DNA of 64,000 bases. Origin: an uncultured delta proteobacterium (GTDB taxonomy: Bacteria > Desulfobacterota > Binatia > UBA9968). The notes under the pieces are model-generated. The model was not told the origin of the DNA, ran no database searches, and was given only the letters and a program-made list of their open reading frames with translations. The stretch is taken from contig CAVWLW010000045.1 of assembly GCA_963755715.1 (NCBI GenBank), positions 32,001 to 96,000 of the forward strand, in the 5' to 3' direction. A program made the translations under genes and the position numbers. Shown in pieces: positions 19,700-29,787 of the stretch (position 1 is the stretch's first letter; each line of letters starts with the position of its first letter).

Positions 19700-20722
19700 A
19701 TGACGACGAATTTCGAAGTCATCGACGCCGACGGGCATATTACGGAAGAGGACAGCCAGCTCAAAAAATACATGGAAGCGAAATATCGCGACCGGGCGGC
19801 GACGCTCACGCCGCGCGATAGCTGGGACCGCTCTTTGAGCGGAAAATTGGGCACGCGCGCCAAAGACGCCAAAAGCTGGCTCGACGCCATGGACAAAGGA
19901 CGTGTTTCGACGGCGGTGCTCTATCCAACCAACGGCTTGAGCGTCGGCTGGATACGCGAGCCGGATGTGGCGGTGCAATATTGCCGGGCATGGAATGATT
20001 TCTGCTCGGAAGAGTTTCAAAAAGCCAGCCCGCGTCTTAAATGCGTCGCCTTGGTGCCGTTTCAAGATGTGACCGAAGCGGTCAAAGAGCTGCGCCGGGC
20101 GGTCACCGAATTGAAGCTCGTCGGCCTGATGCTCCCAGCGGTGGGTCTGCGGTTGCCGTTGGGCCATGAAAGTTTCTGGCCGATCTACGCCGAGGCGGAG
20201 AAGCTCGGCTGCATGGTCGGCTCCCACGCTACAGTGCGCGGGCCGCACTATTTTGCCGGCGATATGTTCGACCAGTTTATCGAAGTGCACACGCTGTCGC
20301 ATTCGTTCGCGCAAATGTTGCAGGCGTGCAGTATGATGTTTCGCGGCGTGTTCGATCGTTTCCCGAATCTGCGCGTCGCTTTTATGGAAGCGGGGTGCAG
20401 TTGGGCGCCCTACTGGTTCGGGCGCATGAACGAGGAGTGGGAGAAGCGCGGCGAAGTGGAAGCGCCGATGTGCAAGAGAAAGCCGACGGAATATCTCAAA
20501 GACGGGCGAATCTATTTTCACGCCGAAGACTACGAGCCGATGATCGGCGCGACCACCGAGGTGTTGACGCACAAGGTCATTTACTACGCTTCCGACTATC
20601 CGCACTGGGACACGGAGTTTCCGGAAAATATCGAGCATCTCGGCCGACGCAAAGATTTGAACGACGAGGCTAAGAAATGGCTCTTCGCCGAGAGCGCGAA
20701 AAAACTCTACAACCTGCAGTGA
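19700..20722 (+). CDS. Amidohydrolase_2 family protein
   Basis: VIDADGH, FMEAGCSW, YASDYPHWD. Confidence 0.9.
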   Translation: MTTNFEVIDADGHITEEDSQLKKYMEAKYRDRAATLTPRDSWDRSLSGKLGTRAKDAKSWLDAMDKGRVSTAVLYPTNGLSVGWIREPDVAVQYCRAWNDFCSEEFQKASPRLKCVALVPFQDVTEAVKELRRAVTELKLVGLMLPAVGLRLPLGHESFWPIYAEAEKLGCMVGSHATVRGPHYFAGDMFDQFIEVHTLSHSFAQMLQACSMMFRGVFDRFPNLRVAFMEAGCSWAPYWFGRMNEEWEKRGEVEAPMCKRKPTEYLKDGRIYFHAEDYEPMIGATTEVLTHKVIYYASDYPHWDTEFPENIEHLGRRKDLNDEAKKWLFAESAKKLYNLQ

Positions 20723-20729
20723 GGTATTG

Positions 20730-21755
20730 ATGGGAGCAAAACGAAAAGTGTGCCTTACGGGTCCCATGCGCATCAAGCTCGCCGAAGAAATGCTGCGCGC
20801 CGCCGGTTGCGAGCTGGTGTCGGGCAAACCTCAGGATGATTTTCGGACCTTTCGTTACGAGCGCAAGGAACTGGTCAATCTGATCGGCGACTGCCCGATC
20901 GTCTATCCCTCGGGCCGGGACGTGATCACCGGTGAGATTTTGGATTCCTGCCCGGATCTCCAAGCCGTGGTGAAGTCGAGCATCGGCATCGAAACCGTCG
21001 ACGTCGATGCAGCGACGGACTTAGGAATCCTTTGTTGCAACAGCCCGACGGTGGAAAATTATATGGGCGTTGCCGAAGCGACCATGGGGCTGATCGTGGC
21101 GCTATTCAAACGGCTGAAGCTCAATGAGGCCTACCTACGCAACAACGGTTGGAAAGAGCTAGAGAACCGCGGCACGCTGATGCTCGGAAAAACCGTCGGC
21201 ATTATCGGTGTCGGACGCATCGGTCAAAACGTCGCCAAACGGCTCGGCGCCTGGGGCATGAAAGTGATCGGCTATGACCCGTATGTAAAGCCGGAGACTG
21301 TCGCTTCGCTCGGGGTCAGAATGGTTTCACTCGAAGAGCTGCTGCAGCAGTCGGATCTGGTGACGCTGCACGTCGTGCTGACCCGGGAAACCCGCGGCAT
21401 GCTCGGCATGCGTGAATTTAAAATGATGAAACCGACGGCGTTCATCGTCAACACTTCGCGCGGCCAGGCAATCAAGGAGGCGGAGCTGGTGCAGGCGTTG
21501 AATGAAAAAATCATCACCGCCGCGGCACTGGATGTTTTTGAGCAAGAACCGCTGCCGATGGACAATCCTTTGCGCCAGGTGGACCCGCTGCGCTTGATCT
21601 TGACGCCGCACAACATCGGCGCCAACCCCGGTTCTGCGGAAGCGGGGCAGAAAATGGCCGCTGAGAGCATGTTGGCAATCCTCGACGGCAAAATTCCCGA
21701 CACGGTCGTCAATCCATTAGCGATCCCGCGTTGGAAGGAGCGCTTCTGGTCGTAG
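20730..21755 (+). CDS. D-isomer-specific 2-hydroxyacid dehydrogenase (SerA-like)
   Basis: GKTVGIIGVGRIG, IVNTSRG, AALDVFEQEP, LTPH. Confidence 0.9.
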   Translation: MGAKRKVCLTGPMRIKLAEEMLRAAGCELVSGKPQDDFRTFRYERKELVNLIGDCPIVYPSGRDVITGEILDSCPDLQAVVKSSIGIETVDVDAATDLGILCCNSPTVENYMGVAEATMGLIVALFKRLKLNEAYLRNNGWKELENRGTLMLGKTVGIIGVGRIGQNVAKRLGAWGMKVIGYDPYVKPETVASLGVRMVSLEELLQQSDLVTLHVVLTRETRGMLGMREFKMMKPTAFIVNTSRGQAIKEAELVQALNEKIITAAALDVFEQEPLPMDNPLRQVDPLRLILTPHNIGANPGSAEAGQKMAAESMLAILDGKIPDTVVNPLAIPRWKERFWS

Positions 21756-21783
21756 GACTCCCGCGACATGTCGCGCGTCCGTG

Positions 21784-22791
21784 ATGATTCTAAACTACAG
21801 CCGCAACTTATCCGCGCCCTTCTTCGTGTTCGTCATCGTGTTCATCGGTGGCTTCACGAGCAGTGTCTCATTTGCCGCTAACTCGACGGTGCGCGTAGGC
21901 TACCCGCAGCCGAGCGGCGCGATGCTGCCGCTTTGGCTGGTTAGCGACGCCAAGCTCGATCTGAAGTACGGCGTACCGGTGCAGAATATTTTTATTTCCG
22001 GCGCCGCCCGGATGAATCAATCGATGGTCGCCGGCGATATCGATCTCGCCAGCATCGGCGGCGCAGTGGTGAATACCGTCTTGGCCGGAGGTGACTTAGT
22101 CGCCATCGCGGTGGGCGTGCCGACTTACGGTTTTTCTCTTTACGCGAAACCGGAAGTCAAAGACATCGCCAGCCTGCACGGCAAAGTCGTCGGTATCATG
22201 AGCAAAGGCGCGTCCTCGGAGCACGCCGTCATCGCGCTGCTGCAGCGCAACAACCTGCAACCCGGCAAGGATGTGAAGTTTATCTATCTCGGTGGCGTGC
22301 GCGAAGTGCTGGCGGCCATCGATCGGGGCATCGTTTCCGCCGGCGTGTTGTCGTCACCGACCACTTTAGCGGCGCGCCGCTTGGGTCAAAAGGAGCTAGT
22401 CAATATCGCGTCGCTAAACTTGCCTTACATTCACAGCGGCGTGGCGACCCGGCGCATCTTTACGCGGCAACAGCCGGAAGCCGTGAAAGCGTATCTGCGG
22501 GCGTATATTGCGGCGATCAAGATCGCCAATGAAGACGCCGAAACCAGCAAGCGCGCGCTGTCCCGTTATCTCGTGACCAGCGACAGCGCGATTCTCGAGG
22601 AAGCTTATCAAGCCTTCCGGGGAATTTTTCCGCGCGTGCCTTACGTGACCGAGGATTACATCAAATCGGTCATCGCCGTGTCGGACAATCCGAAGGCGGC
22701 CGGCGCCAATCCAAAAGATTTTTTCGACAACCGATTTTTGAAAGAGATCGAAGACAGCGGCTTCGTTCAGGAGCTTTATGGCCGGCGCTAG
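21784..22791 (+). CDS. NMT1/SsuA-type solute-binding protein
   Basis: Signal peptide; LHGKVVG, LQPGKDVKFIYLGG, FFDNRFLKE.E.SGF..ELY. Confidence 0.88.
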   Translation: MILNYSRNLSAPFFVFVIVFIGGFTSSVSFAANSTVRVGYPQPSGAMLPLWLVSDAKLDLKYGVPVQNIFISGAARMNQSMVAGDIDLASIGGAVVNTVLAGGDLVAIAVGVPTYGFSLYAKPEVKDIASLHGKVVGIMSKGASSEHAVIALLQRNNLQPGKDVKFIYLGGVREVLAAIDRGIVSAGVLSSPTTLAARRLGQKELVNIASLNLPYIHSGVATRRIFTRQQPEAVKAYLRAYIAAIKIANEDAETSKRALSRYLVTSDSAILEEAYQAFRGIFPRVPYVTEDYIKSVIAVSDNPKAAGANPKDFFDNRFLKEIEDSGFVQELYGRR

Positions 22792-23805
22792 TCTGTCCAG
22801 ACGCTCGGCGAGATCGGCGTCGTGGTTGTTTGTTGTCGGTTGGTTGATCATTGCGGCGTTGTTGCCTCAGAAAATTCTCGCGGCGGCTGTGCCCAGCTAC
22901 GATCCGCATCGGCTATCCGCAGCCGAGCGGCGCCATGTTGCCGCTGTGGGTGATTAGCGAGGCGAGGCTCGATCAGAAATATGGTTTCAACTCTCCAGAA
23001 TATTTATATTTCCGGGGGTGCACGGCTGACTCAGACCGTGGTATCCGCCGATATCGATATGGCCGCCACGGGCGGCGCAGTGATCAACGCCGTGTTGAGC
23101 GGCGCCGAGCTGGTTTACATCGCGTCCGGCGTGCCCACCTATGGGTTTTCTTTGTATGCCCGTGCCGATGTGAAAGATGTGCCGTCGCTCAAAGGCAAAG
23201 TGGTCGGTCTGATGACCAAGGGCGCTTCTACCGATCACGGCATGACGGCGCTGTTACGCCAATACAATCTTCGTTCTGGTCAGGATGTCAAAATTTTATA
23301 TCTCGGTGGTGTGCGCGAGGGGTTGGCTGCTCTGGACCGCGGCATCGTCGCGGCGACGACGATTTCGGCGCCGACGACACTGATGGCACGCCGGCTGGGC
23401 TATAAGGAGTTGGTGAACTTCGCCACGCTCAAAATTCCCTACGTGCAGCTGGGCATGGTGTCGCGCCGGTCGTTATTGCGCCAACAGCCGGAGCGGATCA
23501 AAGCTTTTCTCAGAGCCTATGTTGCGGCGATCAAAGTGGTCAACGAGGATGCGGATGTGAGCAGACGCGCGCTGGCGAAGTATCTGGCGACTTCGGATGG
23601 TCCGATCATCGAGGAGGCCTACCAGGCTTATCGCGGCATCTTTCCCAAAGTCCCCTACATGACCGAGGAGCAGATCGTTTCGATCCTGGCGGTCGCGGAT
23701 CATCCCAAGGCGGCCGGCGCCGACCCCAAGGAGTTCTTTGACAACCGCTTCATTAAGGAGTTAGAAGATAGTGGATTTGTAAAGGAACTCTATGGTCAGA
23801 AGTAA
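22778..23805 (+). CDS. NMT1/SsuA-type solute-binding protein, tandem paralogue (frameshifts ~22895, ~22992)
   Basis: RIGYPQPSGAMLPLW and later segments closely match the upstream gene; pieces join after removing one base at each site. Confidence 0.82.
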
Positions 23806-24802
23806 CACAGCAGAGGCCGGAAAAATTGCCATTGCGGCATTGATCCTGTTTGTTCTGATTGCTCGGGCATCACAGGCGGCGGACCCTATGGTCGGCATCC
23901 ATTCGGCCCGTGTCATGTCGCAATCGATGCCGTGGATGGCGCAAGAGGCCGGGCTATTCAAGAAATACAATCTCGACTTCAACCTGGTCTTCATTTCATC
24001 GTCGAGTATCGTGACCGCGGCGCTTTTGGGTGGCGACGCCGAGATGACCATCACCGGCGGGATCGGCAACGTGGCGGCCTATGCGCGCGGCTCGACCGAT
24101 GTCGTATTTATTGGCGGCGTCAAAAACACCATGACCCAGACCCTGGTCGCCGGCGGCAACATCAAGCGACCGGAAGATCTCAAGGGGAAAAAAATCGGCG
24201 TCAGTCGAATCGGCGGCAACTCGCACTACTTCACCATACAGGCACTGCGCCGTTTGGGCATGGACGCAAGCTAAGGACGTTCAGTTCATTCAGACGGGCG
24301 GCGACCCGAGACCTTGGCAGCGTTCATTAGCGGCTCGATCGACGTCGCCAATCTGACGCCGCCCACTGACGCGCAGGCGATCGCCAAGGGCTATCACTAC
24401 GTGATTTACGGCCCCGATCTTAAAATTCCCTACGCCGCTACGGCCTTTGTTACCAAGCGTTCTGTGATCGCCAAACGGCCGCAGGTCATCGGCAACTTCA
24501 TGCGCGCAATGGCTGAAACCGCGAAGCTCATGCACACCGATCGAGAATTCGTTTACAAGGTGCTTGGCAAATATCTCCGCATCGCCGATCGCAAAGTCCT
24601 TGACTCGGCTTACAATGCAGAAATTAAAGTGCTGGAGCCGCGCCTGGTGATCAAACTGGACTCGCTGCAAGCGATCATCGATGAGCTGGCGCAAACCGAT
24701 GCGGGAGCGAAGAAAGTCAAACCGCAGGAGTTGATAGATAACCGTTACCTCGATGAGATGGAAAAGAGTGGATTTTTCGATCAACTTTGGGCTAAGAAGT
24801 AA
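23792..24802 (+). CDS. NMT1/SsuA-type solute-binding protein (compensating +1/-1 indels ~24272 and ~24307)
   Basis: AQEAGLFKKYNLD and DLKGKKIGVSRIGG; KDVQFIQTGG lies in the shifted frame; C-terminal DNRYLDEMEKSGF. Confidence 0.82.
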
Positions 24803-24822
24803 GATAACCAAAAGGAGGAGCC

Positions 24823-25962
24823 ATGGAACAATCAATTATCTCGTCGGATTCTCACGTAATCGAGGTGCCGGATCTATGGGAAAAGGGAATGCCCGCTTCA
24901 TTCAGAGAGCGCGCGCCGAAGGCATTCTTTGACGAAAAGCGCGACGCCTGGATGTTCGGCTCGCCGGAAGTGCAAATCCAAGCCGTCGGTGGGTTGTTCA
25001 TGGCCGGCCAACAACCGGAGAACCTGGAAAAGTTTCGCAGAGCGGGCTTCGCGGTAGCACGCCCGGGCGGCTGGGATCCGATCGTACGGCAAGATGACAT
25101 GGTCACCGATGGCGTGGCGGCCGAAGTTCTTTATCCCAGCCTTGGGCTCGGGTTGTACTGTGTAAAAGACGCGGCTTTACAGGAAAGCCTTTTCAGAACT
25201 TACAACGATTGGATCATCGACTACTGCAGTAAAGTGCCGGATCGGCTGTTCGGCATCGCGCTGATTTCCATGTATGACGTCGATCACGCGATTGCTGAGA
25301 TGGAACGTTGCAAGAAAGCGGGCGGCATCGTCGGCACGATGATCTGGCAGGTGCCAGACCCGAGGTTTCCTTTTACCTCCGACCATTATGAGCGCTTCTG
25401 GGCGGCATCGCAGGATCTCGATCTGCCGGTTCATCTGCACATCCTGACCGGCTTCGGCGACAGCATGAACCGTCAGACCAGCCACGGCATCAACCGCTAC
25501 CGCATCGGCGTGCAGCAGACCAAAGAAATCGAAGACGCGCTGTTCGACATGATTTTTTCCGGCGTGCTGGAACGTTATTCCAAATTAAAAGTCGTCTCGG
25601 TGGAAAACGAGATCGGCTGGATGCCGTTCTGGCTGGAGAAATGCGACAAAGCCTACAAACGGCACCGTCATTCGGAAAAAGTTCCCATGACCAAGTTGCC
25701 GAGCGAGTATTTCGCCGAGCAGATTTACGCGACCTTTTTTAACGACCGCGTCGGCGGGCAGCTCTTCTCTTGGTGGGGCGTGGACAACTGCATGTGGTCG
25801 AACGATTATCCGCACCAGAATTCCACCTGGCCGAACTCGCGGGCCGTCATCGAGCGCGACATGGCGCATCTTTCGGCAGCGGACCGCGACAAATTGTTAA
25901 ACACGAACGTGCGCAAGTTATACAAACTGAATACGCCGGCTTCGCTGCCCAAGGCGGCGTAA
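24823..25962 (+). CDS. Amidohydrolase_2 family protein
   Basis: IISSDSH, VENEIGW, MWSNDYPH; RBS AGGAGG. Confidence 0.9.
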   Translation: MEQSIISSDSHVIEVPDLWEKGMPASFRERAPKAFFDEKRDAWMFGSPEVQIQAVGGLFMAGQQPENLEKFRRAGFAVARPGGWDPIVRQDDMVTDGVAAEVLYPSLGLGLYCVKDAALQESLFRTYNDWIIDYCSKVPDRLFGIALISMYDVDHAIAEMERCKKAGGIVGTMIWQVPDPRFPFTSDHYERFWAASQDLDLPVHLHILTGFGDSMNRQTSHGINRYRIGVQQTKEIEDALFDMIFSGVLERYSKLKVVSVENEIGWMPFWLEKCDKAYKRHRHSEKVPMTKLPSEYFAEQIYATFFNDRVGGQLFSWWGVDNCMWSNDYPHQNSTWPNSRAVIERDMAHLSAADRDKLLNTNVRKLYKLNTPASLPKAA

Positions 25963-26003
25963 GGTTGCGCGCTGGCCAATCACAAGACCTCGGAGGTAAA
26001 GTT

Positions 26004-27023
26004 ATGGAACTACGGGACGCCATAAAAGTTTTGGATTCCGACGCGCACGCGCGCGATTTCGACGCCGAGATCAGGCCTTATCTGCCGGAGCCGTATCGCA
26101 ATCAAAAGGCCTCTTTGATTCCCAGCGAACATTATGACCGTAACCTCGGCGGTACTTTGGGTCACGGGGGCGCGAAAGTCGAGGAGCGGCTGGCCGCCAT
26201 GGACACCCAACAAATCGACACCGCCGTGATGTTTCCCACCAGCGGTCTGGGGCTTGGTCGGGTGCGCGATCCCCAGTTCCAAACCGCGCTGTGCCGAGCG
26301 TACAACGATTTTATCTCCGATTACTGTAAAGCATCACCGCGCTTAAAAGCTGTCGCCAATTTGCCGGTCAACAATCCGGCGGAATGCGCTAAGGAGCTCA
26401 ACCGCGCCGTTACGAAGCTCGATCTGTGCGGCGGCATGTTGGTCGCGCAGGCGCACCGCAAGAACTTGGGGAGTCCCGAGTTCTATCCGCTCTATGAAGA
26501 AGCGCAACGCTTGAACACGCCAATCACGATCCACGCTTTCGGTGGCGACGAGCCGGGCAGCGAGATTTTCGATCAATTCATCTGTCTGCACACGACGGGG
26601 CATCCCTTTCCAGTGCTGCGCCAATTGACCGCGATGGTGTTCGGTGGCATTCCGGAAATGTTTCCGAAGCTGCGAATCGGCTATCTCGAAGTCGGCTGCG
26701 GCTGGCTGCCCTACTGGGCGGAACGGATGGACGAAGAGTGGGAAAAACGCGGTAAAGTGGAGGCGCCGCTGTGCAAGAAAAAGCCGAGCGAATATCTCTA
26801 CAGTGAAAACAGCTACTATGGCTGCGAGCCCGAAGAAAAAATGATCAGCTTCGTGGTCAATGAGGTCGGCTCCAAGACGCTGATGTACGCGTCGGACTAC
26901 CCGCACTGGGATATGAGCTGGCCCGAATCGGCGACGATCCTGTGGAACCGCGAAGACCTTTCGTTCGACACTAAAAAGGATTTGCTGCTCAACAATGCGA
27001 AACGATTTTACAACCTAAGTTGA
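26004..27023 (+). CDS. Amidohydrolase_2 family protein
   Basis: VLDSDAH, YLEVGCGW, YASDYPHWD; RBS GGAGGT. Confidence 0.9.
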   Translation: MELRDAIKVLDSDAHARDFDAEIRPYLPEPYRNQKASLIPSEHYDRNLGGTLGHGGAKVEERLAAMDTQQIDTAVMFPTSGLGLGRVRDPQFQTALCRAYNDFISDYCKASPRLKAVANLPVNNPAECAKELNRAVTKLDLCGGMLVAQAHRKNLGSPEFYPLYEEAQRLNTPITIHAFGGDEPGSEIFDQFICLHTTGHPFPVLRQLTAMVFGGIPEMFPKLRIGYLEVGCGWLPYWAERMDEEWEKRGKVEAPLCKKKPSEYLYSENSYYGCEPEEKMISFVVNEVGSKTLMYASDYPHWDMSWPESATILWNREDLSFDTKKDLLLNNAKRFYNLS

Positions 27024-27087
27024 TCTGCCAAGCCATAATCGCGAGGCTACGAAATAAGACAAGAGAAACCCAGAAGAGGAGAATTGC

Positions 27088-28824
27088 ATGATCCAAACCA
27101 AAGGACTGACTGGCGCCCAAACGATGTTGCGTGTACTCGCAAAGATGGGCGTGGAGAAAATCTTCGCGTCGCCCGGCTCGGAGTGGTCGCCGGTGTGGGA
27201 AGCCCTAGCGGAACCGGGCGTGGAAGGCATGCCGCAATACTTGAGCACGCGCCACGAGGAAGTCGCTGTCGGCATGGCCAGCGGTTACGCCAAGTCGACG
27301 GGCAAACTGCCGGCCGTGATGATTCACACCACCGTCGGCTCGTTGCATGCGACCATGGGCATGCGCGGCGCGATTCGCGAGCAAGTGCCGATGGTGGTCT
27401 TCAGCGGCGAATCGATCGGCTATGGCGAAGACGAAGGGCCCGATCCAGGAGCTCAGTGGTTGGGCCATCTCTCCAATATCGGCGGTCCCGCAAAGCTGGT
27501 CGAGCAAACCGTTAAATGGAGTTTCGGCGTCAACAACAAAGCGATTTTGCCGGCGACCATCCAGCGCGCCTGTCAGCTCGCCATGGCGGCGCCCAAGGGC
27601 CCGACCTTCGTGTCGCTGTCGATGGAGCATCTGTTCGACAAGATGATCAAGGATGTTCCGGGGGATCTCGGATTCGCGCCGGGCGCGACCGCCGATGCGA
27701 AAGGCATCGAAGAGCTCGCGAATCTGTTGGCCGGCGCGAAGAATCCGGTGATCGTCACCGAAGATTCGGGCCGCACGGAGAAATCGGTGCATTGCCTGGT
27801 CGAGATCGCCGAGCTACTGGGCTGCGCGGTCGTCGAGACTCGCAGCACGGGTGCGCTCAACTTTCCGCGCAACCACCCGTTGCACAGCGGCTACGATCCG
27901 CGCAAGGCTTTAGCGGGCGCGGATGCGATTCTTCTGCTTGCGGTGATCGCGCCGTGGCATCCGGCTTCGGCTACGCCTTCGCCGGGCGCAACGGTGGCGA
28001 TTCTCGATGAGAATCCGCTGCGCCACGATATGCCGTACTACGGCTATCAGGCGGATCTCTGCTTGACAGGCGAGATCGAAAGCTCGCTCGAGCACCTGCT
28101 CGCGGCGTTAAAGAAGAAGATCTCGGCGGGAGACTCGTCGCGCAAGCAGCGCGCGGAAGAAATCGGCAAGAAAAACAACGCGCAGAGAAAAGCGTGGCGC
28201 GATGAGGCGATGGCGCTCGCAAGCCAAAAGCCGATGGACACGCGCTGGGTGGCGCACGAGCTGAGCCAGGTTCTACCGGCCGACGCGATGGTGGTCGAAG
28301 AAACTATCACCCATCGCCTGGCGGTGCACCGCTACCTCGACGGCGTGAAGCCGGGATCCTATTTTGCCGGCTGCGTCGGCGGTTTGGGCACCGGCCTTTC
28401 GACCGCGTTGGGAGTGAAATCGGCCAATCCGAAACGGCCGGTGGTCTGCCTGATCGGCGACGGCTCGTTTAACTACGATCCGGTCCCCGCCGTGTACGGC
28501 GCGGCCCAGGAGCATAACCTGCCGTTCCTGACGGTCATGTTTAACAACCAGGGTTATCTGTCTCAGAAGTCGGGTATTCCCAGATATTACCCGGAGGGTT
28601 GGGCGGTCAAGTCCAAGAATTTTTCCGGGCTACATATCGCGCCGTGCCCTGAGTACGCTCAGATCATTAAAGCGTTCGACGGCTACGGCGAGAAAGTCGA
28701 AGAACCGGGCGAAGTGCGCAAGGCGATCGAGCGCGGTCTGCGCGCTGTGGCCGGCGGCCAGTCGGCATTGCTCGATATCCGGCTGAAACCGGTCGAAGAT
28801 ATCGTCGAGCGGGGAGAAGGGTAG
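27088..28824 (+). CDS. Thiamine pyrophosphate-dependent enzyme (benzoylformate decarboxylase/AHAS-like)
   Basis: RHEEVAVGMASGYAK and the TPP-binding motif GDGSF...NN.GY. Confidence 0.9.
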   Translation: MIQTKGLTGAQTMLRVLAKMGVEKIFASPGSEWSPVWEALAEPGVEGMPQYLSTRHEEVAVGMASGYAKSTGKLPAVMIHTTVGSLHATMGMRGAIREQVPMVVFSGESIGYGEDEGPDPGAQWLGHLSNIGGPAKLVEQTVKWSFGVNNKAILPATIQRACQLAMAAPKGPTFVSLSMEHLFDKMIKDVPGDLGFAPGATADAKGIEELANLLAGAKNPVIVTEDSGRTEKSVHCLVEIAELLGCAVVETRSTGALNFPRNHPLHSGYDPRKALAGADAILLLAVIAPWHPASATPSPGATVAILDENPLRHDMPYYGYQADLCLTGEIESSLEHLLAALKKKISAGDSSRKQRAEEIGKKNNAQRKAWRDEAMALASQKPMDTRWVAHELSQVLPADAMVVEETITHRLAVHRYLDGVKPGSYFAGCVGGLGTGLSTALGVKSANPKRPVVCLIGDGSFNYDPVPAVYGAAQEHNLPFLTVMFNNQGYLSQKSGIPRYYPEGWAVKSKNFSGLHIAPCPEYAQIIKAFDGYGEKVEEPGEVRKAIERGLRAVAGGQSALLDIRLKPVEDIVERGEG

Positions 28825-28862
28825 TTGGTCAAGAAAATTTGATTCGTAAGGCGACCGTGTTG

Positions 28863-28905
28863 GGGCGATGTTCGATGTCAGAGTCGGACATCGCCCTTGT
28901 TGTTT
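28863..28905 (+). terminator. Stem-loop after the TPP enzyme gene, possible intrinsic terminator
   Basis: GGGCGATGTTCGA...TCGGACATCGCCC followed by TTGTTGTTT. Confidence 0.4.
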
Positions 28906-29005
28906 CAAGTTAGGAATCGATATCGCTATGCAAAATTTATCCTTCTTTGGCAACAACCTTATCGTCAGTTCGATAAGTCATAGTGCGGAAGCTTAAGAGC
29001 AACCC

Positions 29006-29716
29006 ATGAACGAGACGTTTCATGATCAGCTGATCGCGGCGCGCGACAAAAATCACAGCAAAGACCATCCCTTTTTCGATCTGTGGGCGGCCGGTAAGCT
29101 CACCAAGGAGCAGACGGCCTTTTATTGCACGCAGCACTTTCACTATGTCGGCGACTATCTCAATTGGCTCGCTTATGAAGCGTCGCAGATTCCTCGGCGG
29201 GACGTCAAGGCGTTCCTATTCGAAAATCTCGGCGATGAGGAGAATCCCGACGACCGCCACTTGGATATGTTGAAAGACTACGTCGCGGCGAGCGGTGTCG
29301 AACGCGATAGCGTCGAAACGTCGATCGTTTTGCCGGGCACGGACCAGTTGCAGAATTGGGGATGGCGGATGGTCTATCACCGACCCTGGCAAGCCGCGCT
29401 AGCGGGCATGTTCATCGGCTTGGAGTCCCAGTTCCTCGATATTTGTAAAAAGATCGTGCCGGCGTTGCACAAACACTACGGTTACAAAGCGCGCGCCCGC
29501 GAGATCCGTTTCTTCGAAGAACACGTCTATGCCGATGAAATTCACGGCGCCAAGGGATTCGCGATCGTCGAGAAATACTGCGATACGGCGGAGCTGCAGG
29601 CGCTTGCCATAAAGCAGATCGAAGAAGCGACGGTGCGGCGCTGGCGTTACATGAACAGCATTTACTGGTATGTCTTGCACGGCAAAGTCGATGACACGCC
29701 GGTGTTACCGACCTAG
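29006..29716 (+). CDS. Heme-oxygenase-like dimetal oxidase (CADD/PqqC/TenA fold)
   Basis: HPFF..W..G.L, ENL.DEE.....H, GLESQ and FF.EH...D..H reproduce the E/H/E/H/D/H ligand set. Confidence 0.85.
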   Translation: MNETFHDQLIAARDKNHSKDHPFFDLWAAGKLTKEQTAFYCTQHFHYVGDYLNWLAYEASQIPRRDVKAFLFENLGDEENPDDRHLDMLKDYVAASGVERDSVETSIVLPGTDQLQNWGWRMVYHRPWQAALAGMFIGLESQFLDICKKIVPALHKHYGYKARAREIRFFEEHVYADEIHGAKGFAIVEKYCDTAELQALAIKQIEEATVRRWRYMNSIYWYVLHGKVDDTPVLPT

Positions 29717-29787
29717 CTTTTGGCACGATTGAATATTTTCACCCTCTCCAATTGGGAGACGACGTAAGAAAATCAAAAAAGGACATC

